Origin: a virus
Lineage: Duplodnaviria; Caudoviricetes
Virus record (IMG/VR): IMGVR_UViG_3300028897_000188
Span: 1-55,621 of that record
Direction: 5' to 3' (one strand)
Length of the DNA: 55,621 bases
Numbering within the stretch: the first letter of the stretch is position 1; each line of letters starts with the position of its first letter. The notes below the pieces were generated by a model. That model was not told the DNA's origin and searched no databases. It saw nothing but the letters and a program-made list of their open reading frames with translations. This document shows, piece by piece, positions 29,610-39,454 of the stretch. Both the position numbers and the translations under genes were made by a program.

Positions 29610-29869
29610 TATTCACCTTCCTCTGGAAGTCTTACGTTTTCTCCTCTTTCTTTTGCTTCATTATATTTTCTATAGTATTGAGTAGTATTCCCATCCCAAT
29701 CACAAATATCTGTTTTAGGATTATACTTCAATTCAAAATTAGGAGCTTTAAGAAATATCTTACGTGCATCTTTACCACATTTAGGACATGTAGTTATTTC
29801 TACATCTGAATCAGTCCAGTCTTCAAAAATATTTCCGCAATGTTCACATTCCCAGTCATTAGCTACCAT
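29609..29869 (-). CDS. FmdB-like Zn-ribbon protein
   Basis: DWECEHCGNIFE...CPKCG; start moved to ATG 29869 after GGAGG. Confidence 0.7.
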   Translation of the reverse strand: MVANDWECEHCGNIFEDWTDSDVEITTCPKCGKDARKIFLKAPNFELKYNPKTDICDWDGNTTQYYRKYNEAKERGENVRLPEEGE

Positions 29870-29984
29870 TGTAATCCTCCATACATTGTCTTTCAAATAG
29901 ACAATCGGTACACAACAATCTTCCATCGTCATCATAGACTAGCTCTTCTTCTGCTCCACAGTCCTCACACTTTTCCGTTTCCAT
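29859..29984 (-). CDS. Small Zn-finger protein (41 aa)
   Basis: METEKCEDCG...LLCTDC fills the gap between the FmdB-like genes. Confidence 0.55.
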   Translation of the reverse strand: METEKCEDCGAEEELVYDDDGRLLCTDCLFERQCMEDYNGS

Positions 29985-30150
29985 ATCCATCTTTTGCCCA
30001 TCCTTTTCCTTTCAAAACAAAGTTGCTTTTGGATATTATTCTCTTTGCTTCCGCTCCGCAAATTTTACATTTAGTTGTTTCTCGCTTAGAAGTTATCGGA
30101 AGTACTTCTTCTGTTATATGACAATTATTACATTTAAATTCGTATATCAT
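29965..30150 (-). CDS. FmdB family Zn-ribbon protein
   Basis: MIYEFKCNNC...CKICG..AKRIIS..FVLKGKGWAKDGY. Confidence 0.85.
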   Translation of the reverse strand: MIYEFKCNNCHITEEVLPITSKRETTKCKICGAEAKRIISKSNFVLKGKGWAKDGYGNGKV

Positions 30151-30728
30151 TTTCTTTTCACCAAAAGCCCCACGCTTCCAGCACTTATATCTGGTAGCTC
30201 TGGAAGACTATAAATCATTTGATCAAAAAGCTCAAGAGGAAATGACTCTGACTTCATTGAGAATAACTTAACATAACATGAGTCCTCTTTTTTAGCAAGA
30301 GAAAATTTTAAAAGACATTCGTTTAGATCCTTCACAAATCCTTTGTTATGAAGATAGTCTATGATAATATAATCAGTATCATCTTCTCTTAAAATAAAAA
30401 CTCCTTCTGGTTCAAATACATGATTTTCTCTAGTTCTCTTCAAAGCCTTGATAAGCTTATCTCTCTTGTAATTTCCCTCAATGGTTGCTACTGTAAGGTA
30501 TGGATTAATTGCTTCATGTTTGATATCATATCGAATCAACCAAGACTTAATGTAGTCAAACACTCGCTTGAGATGCATCTTGCTAAGTCCGAAACCTACA
30601 GAAGTTTCTACTATATAAGGTTTATCATGTCTAGCAACCTTTTCGTAAAAATCCCTTTCAGTAGTTCCTAAAGGAGTATGAACCAATCTAGTCCTAACAT
30701 CTTCTTGCACAAAATCTTTAAACTTCAT
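30147..30728 (-). CDS. Hypothetical protein, possible degenerate 2H-phosphoesterase fold
   Basis: Starts MKFKDFVQE; PYLTV and CYVKL at 2H-like spacing, but without His. Confidence 0.4.
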   Translation of the reverse strand: MKFKDFVQEDVRTRLVHTPLGTTERDFYEKVARHDKPYIVETSVGFGLSKMHLKRVFDYIKSWLIRYDIKHEAINPYLTVATIEGNYKRDKLIKALKRTRENHVFEPEGVFILREDDTDYIIIDYLHNKGFVKDLNECLLKFSLAKKEDSCYVKLFSMKSESFPLELFDQMIYSLPELPDISAGSVGLLVKRK

Positions 30729-31548
30729 TTTTTAGAAAATCCTCCATTCCTCTGATTATAATATTTGGATCATCTGACTCTGGAATAACTACACACTTTT
30801 CATTTCCAAAATTATAGATCCCTCCGTATCTGTACTGTCCTGGATTTTCTCCCCAACTAAAAACCGCTTTCTGCTGGAGATTAGCTAACCCAGTCCAATA
30901 GGACGCTGGACAAATAACCGCTTTTGCTAAAGTTATATATTGTACAAGATACTTCCATCCATTCTCATAGTAATCAACTTGGTTAAGAATCACATTGTCT
31001 TTTGAAAACCAAGTATCAGTACTTCCCACTACAATAGCATTATACCTCTTTTTTAACCATTTGTAAACATACGCAAGCTTTTCTATTTTTTCTGTCTTGG
31101 CTGGAATGAATATTACTTTCTTTTGATGTCTTCTTGGTATCTTGATATTGACTTTAGGAATTTCATCGAAAAGCTTGTTATATATGGAATACGGAGGAGT
31201 GGTCTTGGAATAGGATAGATGGTGAATTTCTATATCTCTCTTATTGCACTTCTCTCTTTTTATAATTTCTTCTTTGAATCTTTTTAAGATTAATCTAAAA
31301 TCGCTTTTGTGGATTTTATTATGTGTATAGCCTTGCTGATTCTTCTCATCCCTAGAGTATTGCTGGTATACGTGAAGTATGTTTTCGGCTGGAACAAAGT
31401 CCTCATAGAGAAAGGCTCTGTTCAAATGGGTAGACAAATATATCTTATCCCACTCAACCGCTTCCGCTAACCAACGTGCATAAGGACGAAAAGTAAACAA
31501 CTCTTCTTCCCATGATCCTATGTATGGGCCGATAGCTAATATCTTCAT
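30718..31548 (-). CDS. GT-B (GT9/heptosyltransferase-like) glycosyltransferase
   Basis: GPYIGSWEEEL N-terminus; AKAVICPASYWTGLA...AVFSWG resembles the GT9 C-terminal motif. Confidence 0.5.
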   Translation of the reverse strand: MKILAIGPYIGSWEEELFTFRPYARWLAEAVEWDKIYLSTHLNRAFLYEDFVPAENILHVYQQYSRDEKNQQGYTHNKIHKSDFRLILKRFKEEIIKREKCNKRDIEIHHLSYSKTTPPYSIYNKLFDEIPKVNIKIPRRHQKKVIFIPAKTEKIEKLAYVYKWLKKRYNAIVVGSTDTWFSKDNVILNQVDYYENGWKYLVQYITLAKAVICPASYWTGLANLQQKAVFSWGENPGQYRYGGIYNFGNEKCVVIPESDDPNIIIRGMEDFLKNEV

Positions 31549-32015
31549 ATTCTATTCTCTGAAATAATTACGTTACCTTTCCATTTATCAAGTACTTCCA
31601 TCTTCATGTCATGCATATTTTTACTAATGGCTATGACCTCCGTATTTCTCAATACATCGTCAAAAATTCCATCCATCAGAAAAAAGTCTTTTTCCTCTTT
31701 GCTTAGATTATTGAAGTTTAGAAGTATTTTATTATTCTTCCTAAAAAAGCTGATTATATCCACACCTACTTTATTCATAACATAGTACTTCTTGGATGTA
31801 CGTTTCAGGATAGAATTATACTCACGTATATTATCTTCTATCACAAAACGATTAGTCTTCGGAAATAAATAAAGAACTTTGTTAATGAGGTTTTTGGTAG
31901 GTGTTTCAAAATCAAGTTTGATTAGATGTACACGTACAATGTTCTGAAATTTCGTATCAGTATAATTTTCTTCGTTTAGACTTATGTAGTCTGTTCCTAC
32001 GTTTGTTATTCGCAT
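31545..32015 (-). CDS. Hypothetical protein
   Basis: 156-aa ORF overlapping the primase end. Confidence 0.6.
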   Translation of the reverse strand: MRITNVGTDYISLNEENYTDTKFQNIVRVHLIKLDFETPTKNLINKVLYLFPKTNRFVIEDNIREYNSILKRTSKKYYVMNKVGVDIISFFRKNNKILLNFNNLSKEEKDFFLMDGIFDDVLRNTEVIAISKNMHDMKMEVLDKWKGNVIISENRI

Positions 32016-33024
32016 TACTCTTACCCTCCAACAGTTTATTAGAAATAGTCAATTTGGCATAAGCTGTAGAAAAATTTACAGAGTGTCGGGTAATAAGCTC
32101 ATATACATTTTGAACATTCTTACCTCTTACAATACTATTTATATCATCATACTCTGCAAATTCGGAGGGATGGAAAAAATAATTCACTTTTCTTGAATAT
32201 TTATTTTCCTCCATGAATTTAATAAGAGCTTTTCTTCCTTCGTCATCATTGTCCAAAGCAATGATAACTCCTTTACTAGTCATTAGCAATAACTTAAATA
32301 GGAACTCATCTGAAATGAATTTACCTAGACAAGAAGTTCCCTGAGTGCCTACCATCCAAGCATCTATGACACCCTCTGAAACTATTATGTACTTATCTGG
32401 ATCAAACAGGTGGGAGTTCATTATGATAATCTCTTTAGGAGAAGCTGGATTATCATATTTTGGTATTATACCAGTTTTGGGAATTCTTCTGGCTTGAAAA
32501 TAAACTATATTATCGTCTTTATCCAATATAGGAATAATGATCCTGTTCCTATATTTACCTTTGTAGCAAATGTAGAGTTTGTGTTTAGTTGGATCAAGCA
32601 ACCTGTCATCGTAAAATTTCTTTAAAGCTTTTACATAACGCTCTGATGGATTCAGACAATCTTCTTTTATCCAATTAAAATGTGTTAACTCTACTACATC
32701 TTTTTTCTTCTTCGTTTTATTTATTCTTCTCTTGACTCTGGATTTATCCCATTTCTCATTCTTTAGACGGTCTACGGCATCTTCATATGATATCCCTAAC
32801 ATGCGTGAATAGATATCATAAAAATTTCCATGCTCATCACAATTGAAGCAATTCCAACCTGGAACTCCATCATTGTAGTCAAGATTGAATCTTTTCTTAA
32901 AGGGATTCTTTTTACTGTCTCCGCAAAGAGGACACCTTGCTAAGAAATGCGTTCCGCTCTTGCTTGGTTTTACTTGCTCAAAATGAGCATACATAAATTC
33001 AGACACAACTTCTAAGTCTATCAT
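31957..33024 (-). CDS. DNA primase (T4 gp61/DnaG-like)
   Basis: RCPLCGDS...CFNC Zn finger, RIIIP, YFQAR, VSEGVID, IALDND. Confidence 0.92.
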   Translation of the reverse strand: MIDLEVVSEFMYAHFEQVKPSKSGTHFLARCPLCGDSKKNPFKKRFNLDYNDGVPGWNCFNCDEHGNFYDIYSRMLGISYEDAVDRLKNEKWDKSRVKRRINKTKKKKDVVELTHFNWIKEDCLNPSERYVKALKKFYDDRLLDPTKHKLYICYKGKYRNRIIIPILDKDDNIVYFQARRIPKTGIIPKYDNPASPKEIIIMNSHLFDPDKYIIVSEGVIDAWMVGTQGTSCLGKFISDEFLFKLLLMTSKGVIIALDNDDEGRKALIKFMEENKYSRKVNYFFHPSEFAEYDDINSIVRGKNVQNVYELITRHSVNFSTAYAKLTISNKLLEGKSNANNKRRNRLHKSKRRKLY

Positions 33025-33207
33025 TTAATCCTCATAAAACTCGCAATCAAAATCACTAGGAGTATATAAAAGTGATTTATTCGGCTGGAGCTTTTCCTTA
33101 AAACATCCCTTGTTACAATATACCAATCCCTTCTTGGTCTTGCAATTGAAACAATTTTTACAAAGCTTCATATCAGATGTATTTGGTATTTTGATGTTTT
33201 GTTGCAT
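33025..33207 (-). CDS. Small Cys-rich protein
   Basis: CKNCFNC...C...C. Confidence 0.5.
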   Translation of the reverse strand: MQQNIKIPNTSDMKLCKNCFNCKTKKGLVYCNKGCFKEKLQPNKSLLYTPSDFDCEFYED

Positions 33208-33556
33208 AATATCTAATTTCTTCTTTAATGTCTCTTGGGAATAAGTTAAAAAATTTATTCACTTCATTATAGCAATCCAGCGACACACAAAGAATCTGAG
33301 ACATCGTAACAGCAATCTCAAAAGGATCTAAACTTCTATTGTTCTTTTTCAAATTGTAGTAAATCTTTTTCAAGGATCTCTTTAAAGACTGTGATACAGC
33401 CATTCTGGTAATACGCAAGTCTTTGGAAATTTCAGAACCAGTCATAGACTTACCAGTTAAATATACTGCAAAATTTTTCTTCCTCTTCTTTCCAATATGT
33501 TCATCAATAAAAAACGAATATCCTTCCTTTGTAGAAATAACCTTAACATTTTCCAT
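33173..33556 (-). CDS. HTH protein (sigma region-4-like)
   Basis: MTGSEISKDLRITRMAVSQSLKRSLKKI. Confidence 0.6.
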   Translation of the reverse strand: MENVKVISTKEGYSFFIDEHIGKKRKKNFAVYLTGKSMTGSEISKDLRITRMAVSQSLKRSLKKIYYNLKKNNRSLDPFEIAVTMSQILCVSLDCYNEVNKFFNLFPRDIKEEIRYYATKHQNTKYI

Positions 33557-33568
33557 ACCTACCCTCCA

Positions 33569-35374
33569 TTAAATTTCACATGTACCAGTTCCACAAGATA
33601 GCTCATCGGCATCGGTATGAACCTTACCTTCGTCTATATATTTTTTTACCTCCTTTTTAGATTTGATTGGCACAAGGATTTGTCCGTGTTTACTTCCATC
33701 TACATAAAGCGTCACTCCTTTTAGATCTCTGATATATTCAAGAAGTAAATGACTTAACTGCTCCGCTTTAAATCCTTTCGGAGTATTGATAGTCTTGGAT
33801 ATAGCTCCGTCAACGTACTTCTGAATAATTACCTGAGTTTCAAAATGATCTTCTGGTTTAAGATCTGTGGTATCAACAAACCACTCTGGAGTAGCTTGAT
33901 TGTTTTTGATTATATCTTGATAAATTGGATGAACATAAGCTCTGTCTCCAATTTCATCATGTCTCATATAAGCCTTGAACGGCAAAGGCTCTGCACTACC
34001 TGTCACTTCTGGAATAAGAGAAATAGTGCCTGTAGGAGCAACTGCCATTAAGGATACATTTCTGATTCCATACTTCTTTATATCCATCCTGATACTTGCT
34101 GGAAGACTCCTAATGAAATTAGCCTTGCTAAACATCTTCGTATCGAATTTAGGAAATGCTCCCTTCTCTTCTGCAATTTTTATAGATGCTTCGTAAGCAT
34201 AGTTCCTTATATTTTTGACTAGCTTCTCAATCTCATCAATTGCTTCTGGAGAGCCATACCTTACCTTCTTAGCAAACAGATACTCCGCAAGCCCCATGAA
34301 TCCTAATCCTATACGTCTTCCATCAAAAGCTTTACGCTGGATCTCTGGAATAGTAATAGGATAGCGATTTACCTGAATTATATTATCTAGGAAACGTACA
34401 GCATTGTAGACTGTCTCTTGCATAAGTTTCCAGTTTGTGTTTTTCTTAGAAATGAATCTAGGTAGGACTAATGAACCAAGGCAACATACACCATGAGCAC
34501 CAAGAGGAACCTCCCCACAAGGATTTGTGGAGATGATCGGATCAAAGTAATAGGAGTTATTACTTCTAAGGTTATCCCAGTTAATAAGCCCTGGTTCTGC
34601 ACACTTAACCATGTTGTCTAAAACAAGATCCCAAATTTCTCTGGCTTTAACTGTATCCCAAACCTTATGATGCCATTTCAAATTCCAATTATCGTTTGCT
34701 TCTACGGCATCTAGAAAGTCTTCCATAACTCCTACTGATAAATTGTAATTGCTTAACTCTCCTTTTTTGATTATAGGCTCTATGTAGTCAAAGACATCTG
34801 GATATTCCTTTAGAGCTTCTTGGATCTGTTCCATAGTAGCCGTGAATCTTTGGTTTTTGACTTTGATAAACTTGAAGATATCTGGATGAGAGACAAGCAT
34901 TAGAATTAAACCAGCGGCACGTCTTGATCCACCTGTCTTTATACAATTAGCTCCTGAATTAGCCCATTTAAGAAACGATAGAGGGCCGCTTGACTCTCCT
35001 CCTTTCTGTACTATAGGAGCGGATTCGGGGCGCAGGAAGGAAGCATTACAACCTACTCCTCCTCCTTCTGACCAAAGAATACCGCAATTCTTCTGGAAGT
35101 CTCCTATCTCTTCAATTGAATCTTCAAAAGGCTCTACGTAGCAATTGAAAAGAGTTCCTCTAGGTCTTCCTGAGTTCCTGAGAATCCTACCTCCAGGAAG
35201 AAATAACATATCTTCAATCATTCCACCATATCTTGTTTCCCATTTACTTCTATCTGTGATTTCTACGCTGGCTCCTACACGTCCTACTCTATCCGCTAAC
35301 TCATTCCAGTTCTCTGATTCGTTAAATGCATATCTACTTTTAAATGTATCTTCTGAATTTTTACTCAACGTCAT
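33569..35374 (-). CDS. nrdJ: Class II (B12-dependent) ribonucleotide reductase
   Basis: FLPGGRIL, NCYV, EGGGVG, TNPCGE, RRIGLG, APTGTIS, ISKTIN and C-terminal CGTGTC; no beta subunit nearby. Confidence 0.9.
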   Translation of the reverse strand: MTLSKNSEDTFKSRYAFNESENWNELADRVGRVGASVEITDRSKWETRYGGMIEDMLFLPGGRILRNSGRPRGTLFNCYVEPFEDSIEEIGDFQKNCGILWSEGGGVGCNASFLRPESAPIVQKGGESSGPLSFLKWANSGANCIKTGGSRRAAGLILMLVSHPDIFKFIKVKNQRFTATMEQIQEALKEYPDVFDYIEPIIKKGELSNYNLSVGVMEDFLDAVEANDNWNLKWHHKVWDTVKAREIWDLVLDNMVKCAEPGLINWDNLRSNNSYYFDPIISTNPCGEVPLGAHGVCCLGSLVLPRFISKKNTNWKLMQETVYNAVRFLDNIIQVNRYPITIPEIQRKAFDGRRIGLGFMGLAEYLFAKKVRYGSPEAIDEIEKLVKNIRNYAYEASIKIAEEKGAFPKFDTKMFSKANFIRSLPASIRMDIKKYGIRNVSLMAVAPTGTISLIPEVTGSAEPLPFKAYMRHDEIGDRAYVHPIYQDIIKNNQATPEWFVDTTDLKPEDHFETQVIIQKYVDGAISKTINTPKGFKAEQLSHLLLEYIRDLKGVTLYVDGSKHGQILVPIKSKKEVKKYIDEGKVHTDADELSCGTGTCEI

Positions 35375-35880
35375 ATATCTACCCTCCTATTATCAAATAC
35401 TCCTATCAACTTACCAGCGACATAATAAAAACCAGCACCACATTTCAAACAATGAACAACCTCTTGTCTAATATGAGTTTGAGGAATAACATCATCTCTT
35501 CTAAAGGCTCTTATTGGTTCTTGAGAATAAACGATTGTTTGAGGATAGTCACATTGAGAACATCTTATGTTATCTTTTTTACATCTATGAGGATCACAAA
35601 AAAGACTCCATATGTTATCAAAAGAAGCAGAAATCTTTCTATCCTGATAAGCTAATACTCTATGGATTAGAAACGCTAACCTTGTAGGGATATTCTCCTT
35701 TGTAACTAATTCAACTAGCTCCTGATAAAACTCTCCGTAACTAGGAAAGTTAGGAATGACAGGTTCGGCTATTTCTTTCTTATATTCTTCATCCTGAAAC
35801 TTCTTAAATACTTCTTTCCAATCACTATCTACAAAATCCTCTAAATCATTTAACAGGTCATCATTCATTTTCTTCCTCAT
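35371..35880 (-). CDS. Hypothetical Zn-ribbon protein
   Basis: CSQC...CLKC. Confidence 0.6.
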   Translation of the reverse strand: MRKKMNDDLLNDLEDFVDSDWKEVFKKFQDEEYKKEIAEPVIPNFPSYGEFYQELVELVTKENIPTRLAFLIHRVLAYQDRKISASFDNIWSLFCDPHRCKKDNIRCSQCDYPQTIVYSQEPIRAFRRDDVIPQTHIRQEVVHCLKCGAGFYYVAGKLIGVFDNRRVDI

Positions 35881-36184
35881 CCACTAAAGAGTATCCACAC
35901 TTCGGACACCAATCCCAGTCTTCTTCCATGTCTACAGAACAGTTAGGACAAATCATTCCTACCTTTTCTCTTATCCATTTCTCCAGACCCATTTGAATTA
36001 GATGAGTTGTATAGCCTATCGGATCTTTGAAAACCATGCCACTATTTTCAAAACCTGAATCTATCTCTAACTTATCTCTGTCAAGATCATAGGTTAAAAT
36101 AACCGAAACTGTTCTCTTATCATCTTTGCTAGGATCATTGTCCTTTGGTACTTCTTCACCAATGGGTTTTTCTTCAAATTCCAT
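35861..36184 (-). CDS. Hypothetical Zn-ribbon protein
   Basis: CPNC...WCPKCG. Confidence 0.65.
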   Translation of the reverse strand: MEFEEKPIGEEVPKDNDPSKDDKRTVSVILTYDLDRDKLEIDSGFENSGMVFKDPIGYTTHLIQMGLEKWIREKVGMICPNCSVDMEEDWDWCPKCGYSLVDEEENE

Positions 36185-36185
36185 A

Positions 36186-37142
36186 TTAACCTCCGTATAA
36201 AGGTAACAATTTATTTTCTACTTTGTGAATGTTCTCAAGAAATGATCTCATATTGTTCTTCTCAAAAAACAGGTAAATGTTTTCACTAGGTGGTAAGTTG
36301 TAACTATTATTATAACAATCCACAATGCGCTGTACGATTGTGTTTGGTATCATATCAAAATCTACAAGGACTCTATTGCGCTTTAGGTTTTTACTAAGAT
36401 CAATTTTTCCATATGCTTTATTAGTATGTCCTGCTTCAATGAATCCTTTTATATCCCCTTTTATTTTATTCCATGCCGCTTCCCCAAAACCAGGTCTTCT
36501 CTTCCCTTCCGTACTCTCTGTCAATCCCCAGTCATCGGGAGTTAAGATATTCGGAATGTCATCTTTCCTTTGTCCACAAAAAATTAACTGCAAAAGAAAA
36601 TCCTTCACGTCTGGAATATCTTCTGGACTGTAAAGGACTTGTTTGATTGGATCATAAATTCTAAGATTTTTCTTTCTTGCGAATAGTTGAAAGTAATCTT
36701 CATCTCTGACAACAATAATGGCATCGTTTTTCATTTTCATTGTCAGTACAGCAATGATGTCATCGGCTTCTGCCGATTTTACTTTCAATACTTTGAATGG
36801 AAAATGGTGTTTTAAATCGGAAGCTAGTAAATGAATGTGTTTGTAAATCTCATCCCAGTTGTGTTCAGATTTCTTCTTATTCTTCTTTCTGGATTCCTTA
36901 TATCGACTATAGTAGGATTTCCTCCATTGATTTTTATCATCTACAGCTACGATTACTTCTGTTACATTTGCTACTTTCCATAATGTAGTCATTATGGAAT
37001 TAATACAATTGTATCTCCATAAACCCCATGCTGGAGGATGGTCGCTCCATACCTCCTTGTTACCCATGTAGTTTCTAATTGCAAGATTGTTAAAATCAAA
37101 GAATACAGTTACATCTTTAAACTCATCAATATAATCCATCAC
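36186..37142 (-). CDS. rnh: T4 RNase H-like 5'-3' exonuclease
   Basis: DFNN, WRKSYYSRYKESR, EADDIIA, DEDYFQL, KDDIPNI, RNRVLVDF..IP. Confidence 0.88.
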   Translation of the reverse strand: MMDYIDEFKDVTVFFDFNNLAIRNYMGNKEVWSDHPPAWGLWRYNCINSIMTTLWKVANVTEVIVAVDDKNQWRKSYYSRYKESRKKNKKKSEHNWDEIYKHIHLLASDLKHHFPFKVLKVKSAEADDIIAVLTMKMKNDAIIVVRDEDYFQLFARKKNLRIYDPIKQVLYSPEDIPDVKDFLLQLIFCGQRKDDIPNILTPDDWGLTESTEGKRRPGFGEAAWNKIKGDIKGFIEAGHTNKAYGKIDLSKNLKRNRVLVDFDMIPNTIVQRIVDCYNNSYNLPPSENIYLFFEKNNMRSFLENIHKVENKLLPLYGG

Positions 37143-37163
37143 AATTTCTCCTTAAACAAATTC

Positions 37164-37243
37164 AGAGTGGTTATAAAACCTCATGGTGAGGTTTACAGGG
37201 ATCGAACCTGTTATATCCTGTTTGTGTTTGCTGAATCCACTCT
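37164..37243 (-). ncRNA. Circularly permuted tRNA-half-like element
   Basis: Closing stem AGAGTGG/CCACTCT, T-arm ACAGG-TTCGATC-CCTGT, then AAACCTC-ACCA-T-GAGGTTT. Confidence 0.6.
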
Positions 37244-37252
37244 TAAAACTTT

Positions 37253-37579
37253 TTACTTAATCTTTCTTATGTAACCGTCTTTTTCATGTTGAATCCAAAA
37301 AGACTGTTTATATGTAGTTCCCTGCATATACTTCTGAGCATTGCTTCCACTCCTAAAACGAAGTCTCTGTCTTCCGTAATTCATATTCTGATAAAACTCA
37401 TCGTGACTCACTTTAAAAACTGGAAGATTATCTCTTTTATTTATAGCATCAGCGAAAACTCCTTCAATTCCTGTCTTTACTCCATTCTCTCCTGCTCCGT
37501 CTGGTTTTACCGCTTGATCTTTATCTCCTGCTATCTTTGCTTCTGGACTGTCTTGAAAATTACCAGCTAATTCACCCAT
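37253..37579 (-). CDS. Hypothetical protein
   Basis: 108-aa ORF with GAGG SD. Confidence 0.65.
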   Translation of the reverse strand: MGELAGNFQDSPEAKIAGDKDQAVKPDGAGENGVKTGIEGVFADAINKRDNLPVFKVSHDEFYQNMNYGRQRLRFRSGSNAQKYMQGTTYKQSFWIQHEKDGYIRKIK

Positions 37580-37983
37580 TATAATTCCTCCTCTAAAAAC
37601 TCTAATAACAATGTCATTTCGTCTTGCTCTATTTCTTCTTTCTTGATTAACTTCTTAACTAATCTTTTAATCAATCCCTTGGCTTTACTCTTTTCCACTC
37701 TGGCTCCTTTTACCTTTTCTGTGGGGCCAATCCTAATAGTTTGAAGTCCAGCCATTGGATCTGTAAAAACTTTTTTTATAAGCTTGTAGTCAATTCTCCG
37801 TTGACTAGGAGAATCCAAGTAATACTTCAATAGCTTATTTTTAATTTGTTGAGCGTTTCTTGCCATAAAGGTGTCAAAGGCTTCATTGCCAATTGCTACC
37901 TTATCTGGATTTATCGCTTTGTCTGCTAAGAATAATAAAGCTATATCAGCGAACTCATCAGGTGTCAATAGTAAAGTTGCCAT
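37579..37983 (-). CDS. Hypothetical protein
   Basis: 134-aa operon-packed ORF. Confidence 0.6.
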   Translation of the reverse strand: MATLLLTPDEFADIALLFLADKAINPDKVAIGNEAFDTFMARNAQQIKNKLLKYYLDSPSQRRIDYKLIKKVFTDPMAGLQTIRIGPTEKVKGARVEKSKAKGLIKRLVKKLIKKEEIEQDEMTLLLEFLEEEL

Positions 37984-38557
37984 AATCCATCCTTTTTTGT
38001 CTATCAGGTATTACTGCTTCTTTTATGTGATCTGGTTTGACTAGTTCAAAAAAATCGTTCATGTCATATAAAAACACCTGTTCTAATGAATGAGCCTTAC
38101 CACACCGCTCACAATTAATATTCTTCTCCCATGTACAAATTATATGATTTAACTCTTTTATCAAGAAGTAAAAACTATCCTTGATAATACTATTTATACC
38201 AATAATAGGTTTCCTTCTTAATTTTCTATAGATTAACATTGGATGCTTATTTTCAGGAGTGTCTTCAACACATTGCGACCAAAACTGCTCTAGAGCAAAC
38301 TTGGTAGGAATTACATGTTGCCAAAAGGAAGTCTTAGGATATCCTGTCTTACATTCAATAGAAAATATATCCGTCAAGAACTCTGAATCTTTTGCTAGTG
38401 GTTTTATATCACCAGTAAGATGCACGTTCTCTTCATGTATTGTAGCAAGACCTCCACTAGCATCCTGTCTCCAATACTTATATGGTTTTTCTTGTCCTGT
38501 CAACCATTTTGTTAAAAATTTTGAAATTTCTCGCTCAAACTCTCCACCTTTAGCCAT
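37958..38557 (-). CDS. Holliday junction resolvase-like PD-(D/E)xK nuclease
   Basis: KGGEFEREIS...GDI...SIECK...PMLIYR. Confidence 0.8.
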   Translation of the reverse strand: MAKGGEFEREISKFLTKWLTGQEKPYKYWRQDASGGLATIHEENVHLTGDIKPLAKDSEFLTDIFSIECKTGYPKTSFWQHVIPTKFALEQFWSQCVEDTPENKHPMLIYRKLRRKPIIGINSIIKDSFYFLIKELNHIICTWEKNINCERCGKAHSLEQVFLYDMNDFFELVKPDHIKEAVIPDRQKRMDYGNFTIDT

Positions 38558-38559
38558 AT

Positions 38560-39204
38560 TTACCTCTCTATTAACTCATCCCATATCTCCTTTCCCTTAG
38601 TAAGATCAAAAGGCATATCTAAGTCATGCAAAAGACTAAACACATCTCCAAAGTTAAAAAGAAAATTCGGAAAGTAAAGTAGTCTATATGGAATTCCAAG
38701 TTCTAATACTCTAGTAAAAAATTCTGCAAAGTCAATCTGATAATCCTCTAACTTGGTTCTTGGTTTGGGATCATCAAAGGATTCTGGAAGAGATTTTCTT
38801 GATCCCATTATATCTTCTATCTTCCTATGGCAGATAATGAGTTTGAAGTCTTGTCTCACGCTCCACCATGCTTTAATAAGCTCTGGATGCCACGTTATTC
38901 GTGGATCTTTGAAGACATCAACTTTGCCTTGTCTCTCATCTTTATCTACTGCATTGATAGCATCTCTATAAGTAAATCCTTTCCAATAATCTCCCCATGC
39001 TTCAACACTCAAATCAATTTCTTTCCCCTCTTTCAAAAATCTATGGTAAAGGTCATGTGTGATAGTATAAGCCGTAGATAGCTCCATTCCAGCCCTTATA
39101 TCAGTATTCCATGATACATTCTTACCTAAACCAAACCCCACTTTTCCTAAATACTTAGTTAAAATACTTGTACCACATCTGCCTAATCCAGTAATTATAA
39201 TCAT
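38560..39204 (-). CDS. Sulfotransferase-family protein
   Basis: IIITGLGRCGTS (5'-PSB-like), FKDPR, IICHR...S (3'-PB-like). Confidence 0.7.
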   Translation of the reverse strand: MIIITGLGRCGTSILTKYLGKVGFGLGKNVSWNTDIRAGMELSTAYTITHDLYHRFLKEGKEIDLSVEAWGDYWKGFTYRDAINAVDKDERQGKVDVFKDPRITWHPELIKAWWSVRQDFKLIICHRKIEDIMGSRKSLPESFDDPKPRTKLEDYQIDFAEFFTRVLELGIPYRLLYFPNFLFNFGDVFSLLHDLDMPFDLTKGKEIWDELIER

Positions 39205-39218
39205 TATTTTCTACTCCC

Positions 39219-39271
39219 AAAAAATAGAAAGGGAAAGGCTACTTTATCTAGGTAGTATCCTTTCCCTTTCT
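39219..39271 (-). terminator. Intrinsic terminator-like hairpin
   Basis: AGAAAGGGAAAGG/CCTTTCCCTTTCT 13-bp stem followed by ATTTTTT. Confidence 0.7.
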
Positions 39272-39454
39272 TTACTTCTTATTGAAGGCTTCAAAGTCTA
39301 GCATTAAAACTTGGACTCCACCTTCAATCCAGGCGGCTAAAATTGTGATTGTCGGAAGGTTTTGACGGTTCCTAGACTGTTCTCACCAACGGACAACCAG
39401 ATTTTTCCTTTCTTCTAATCTAAATAAATAATCTATAAGTATAATCTTCTCTAA

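Noticed and set aside
34780-34870. Intein or intron in nrdJ
   Set aside because: Only a ~30-aa in-frame insertion, without splicing motifs
39272-39420. tmRNA or a selenocysteine-readthrough ORF on the minus strand
   Set aside because: No tmRNA acceptor ends, and the LAA is not followed by a stop. The frame needs a CTG start plus TGA readthrough with no supporting motif
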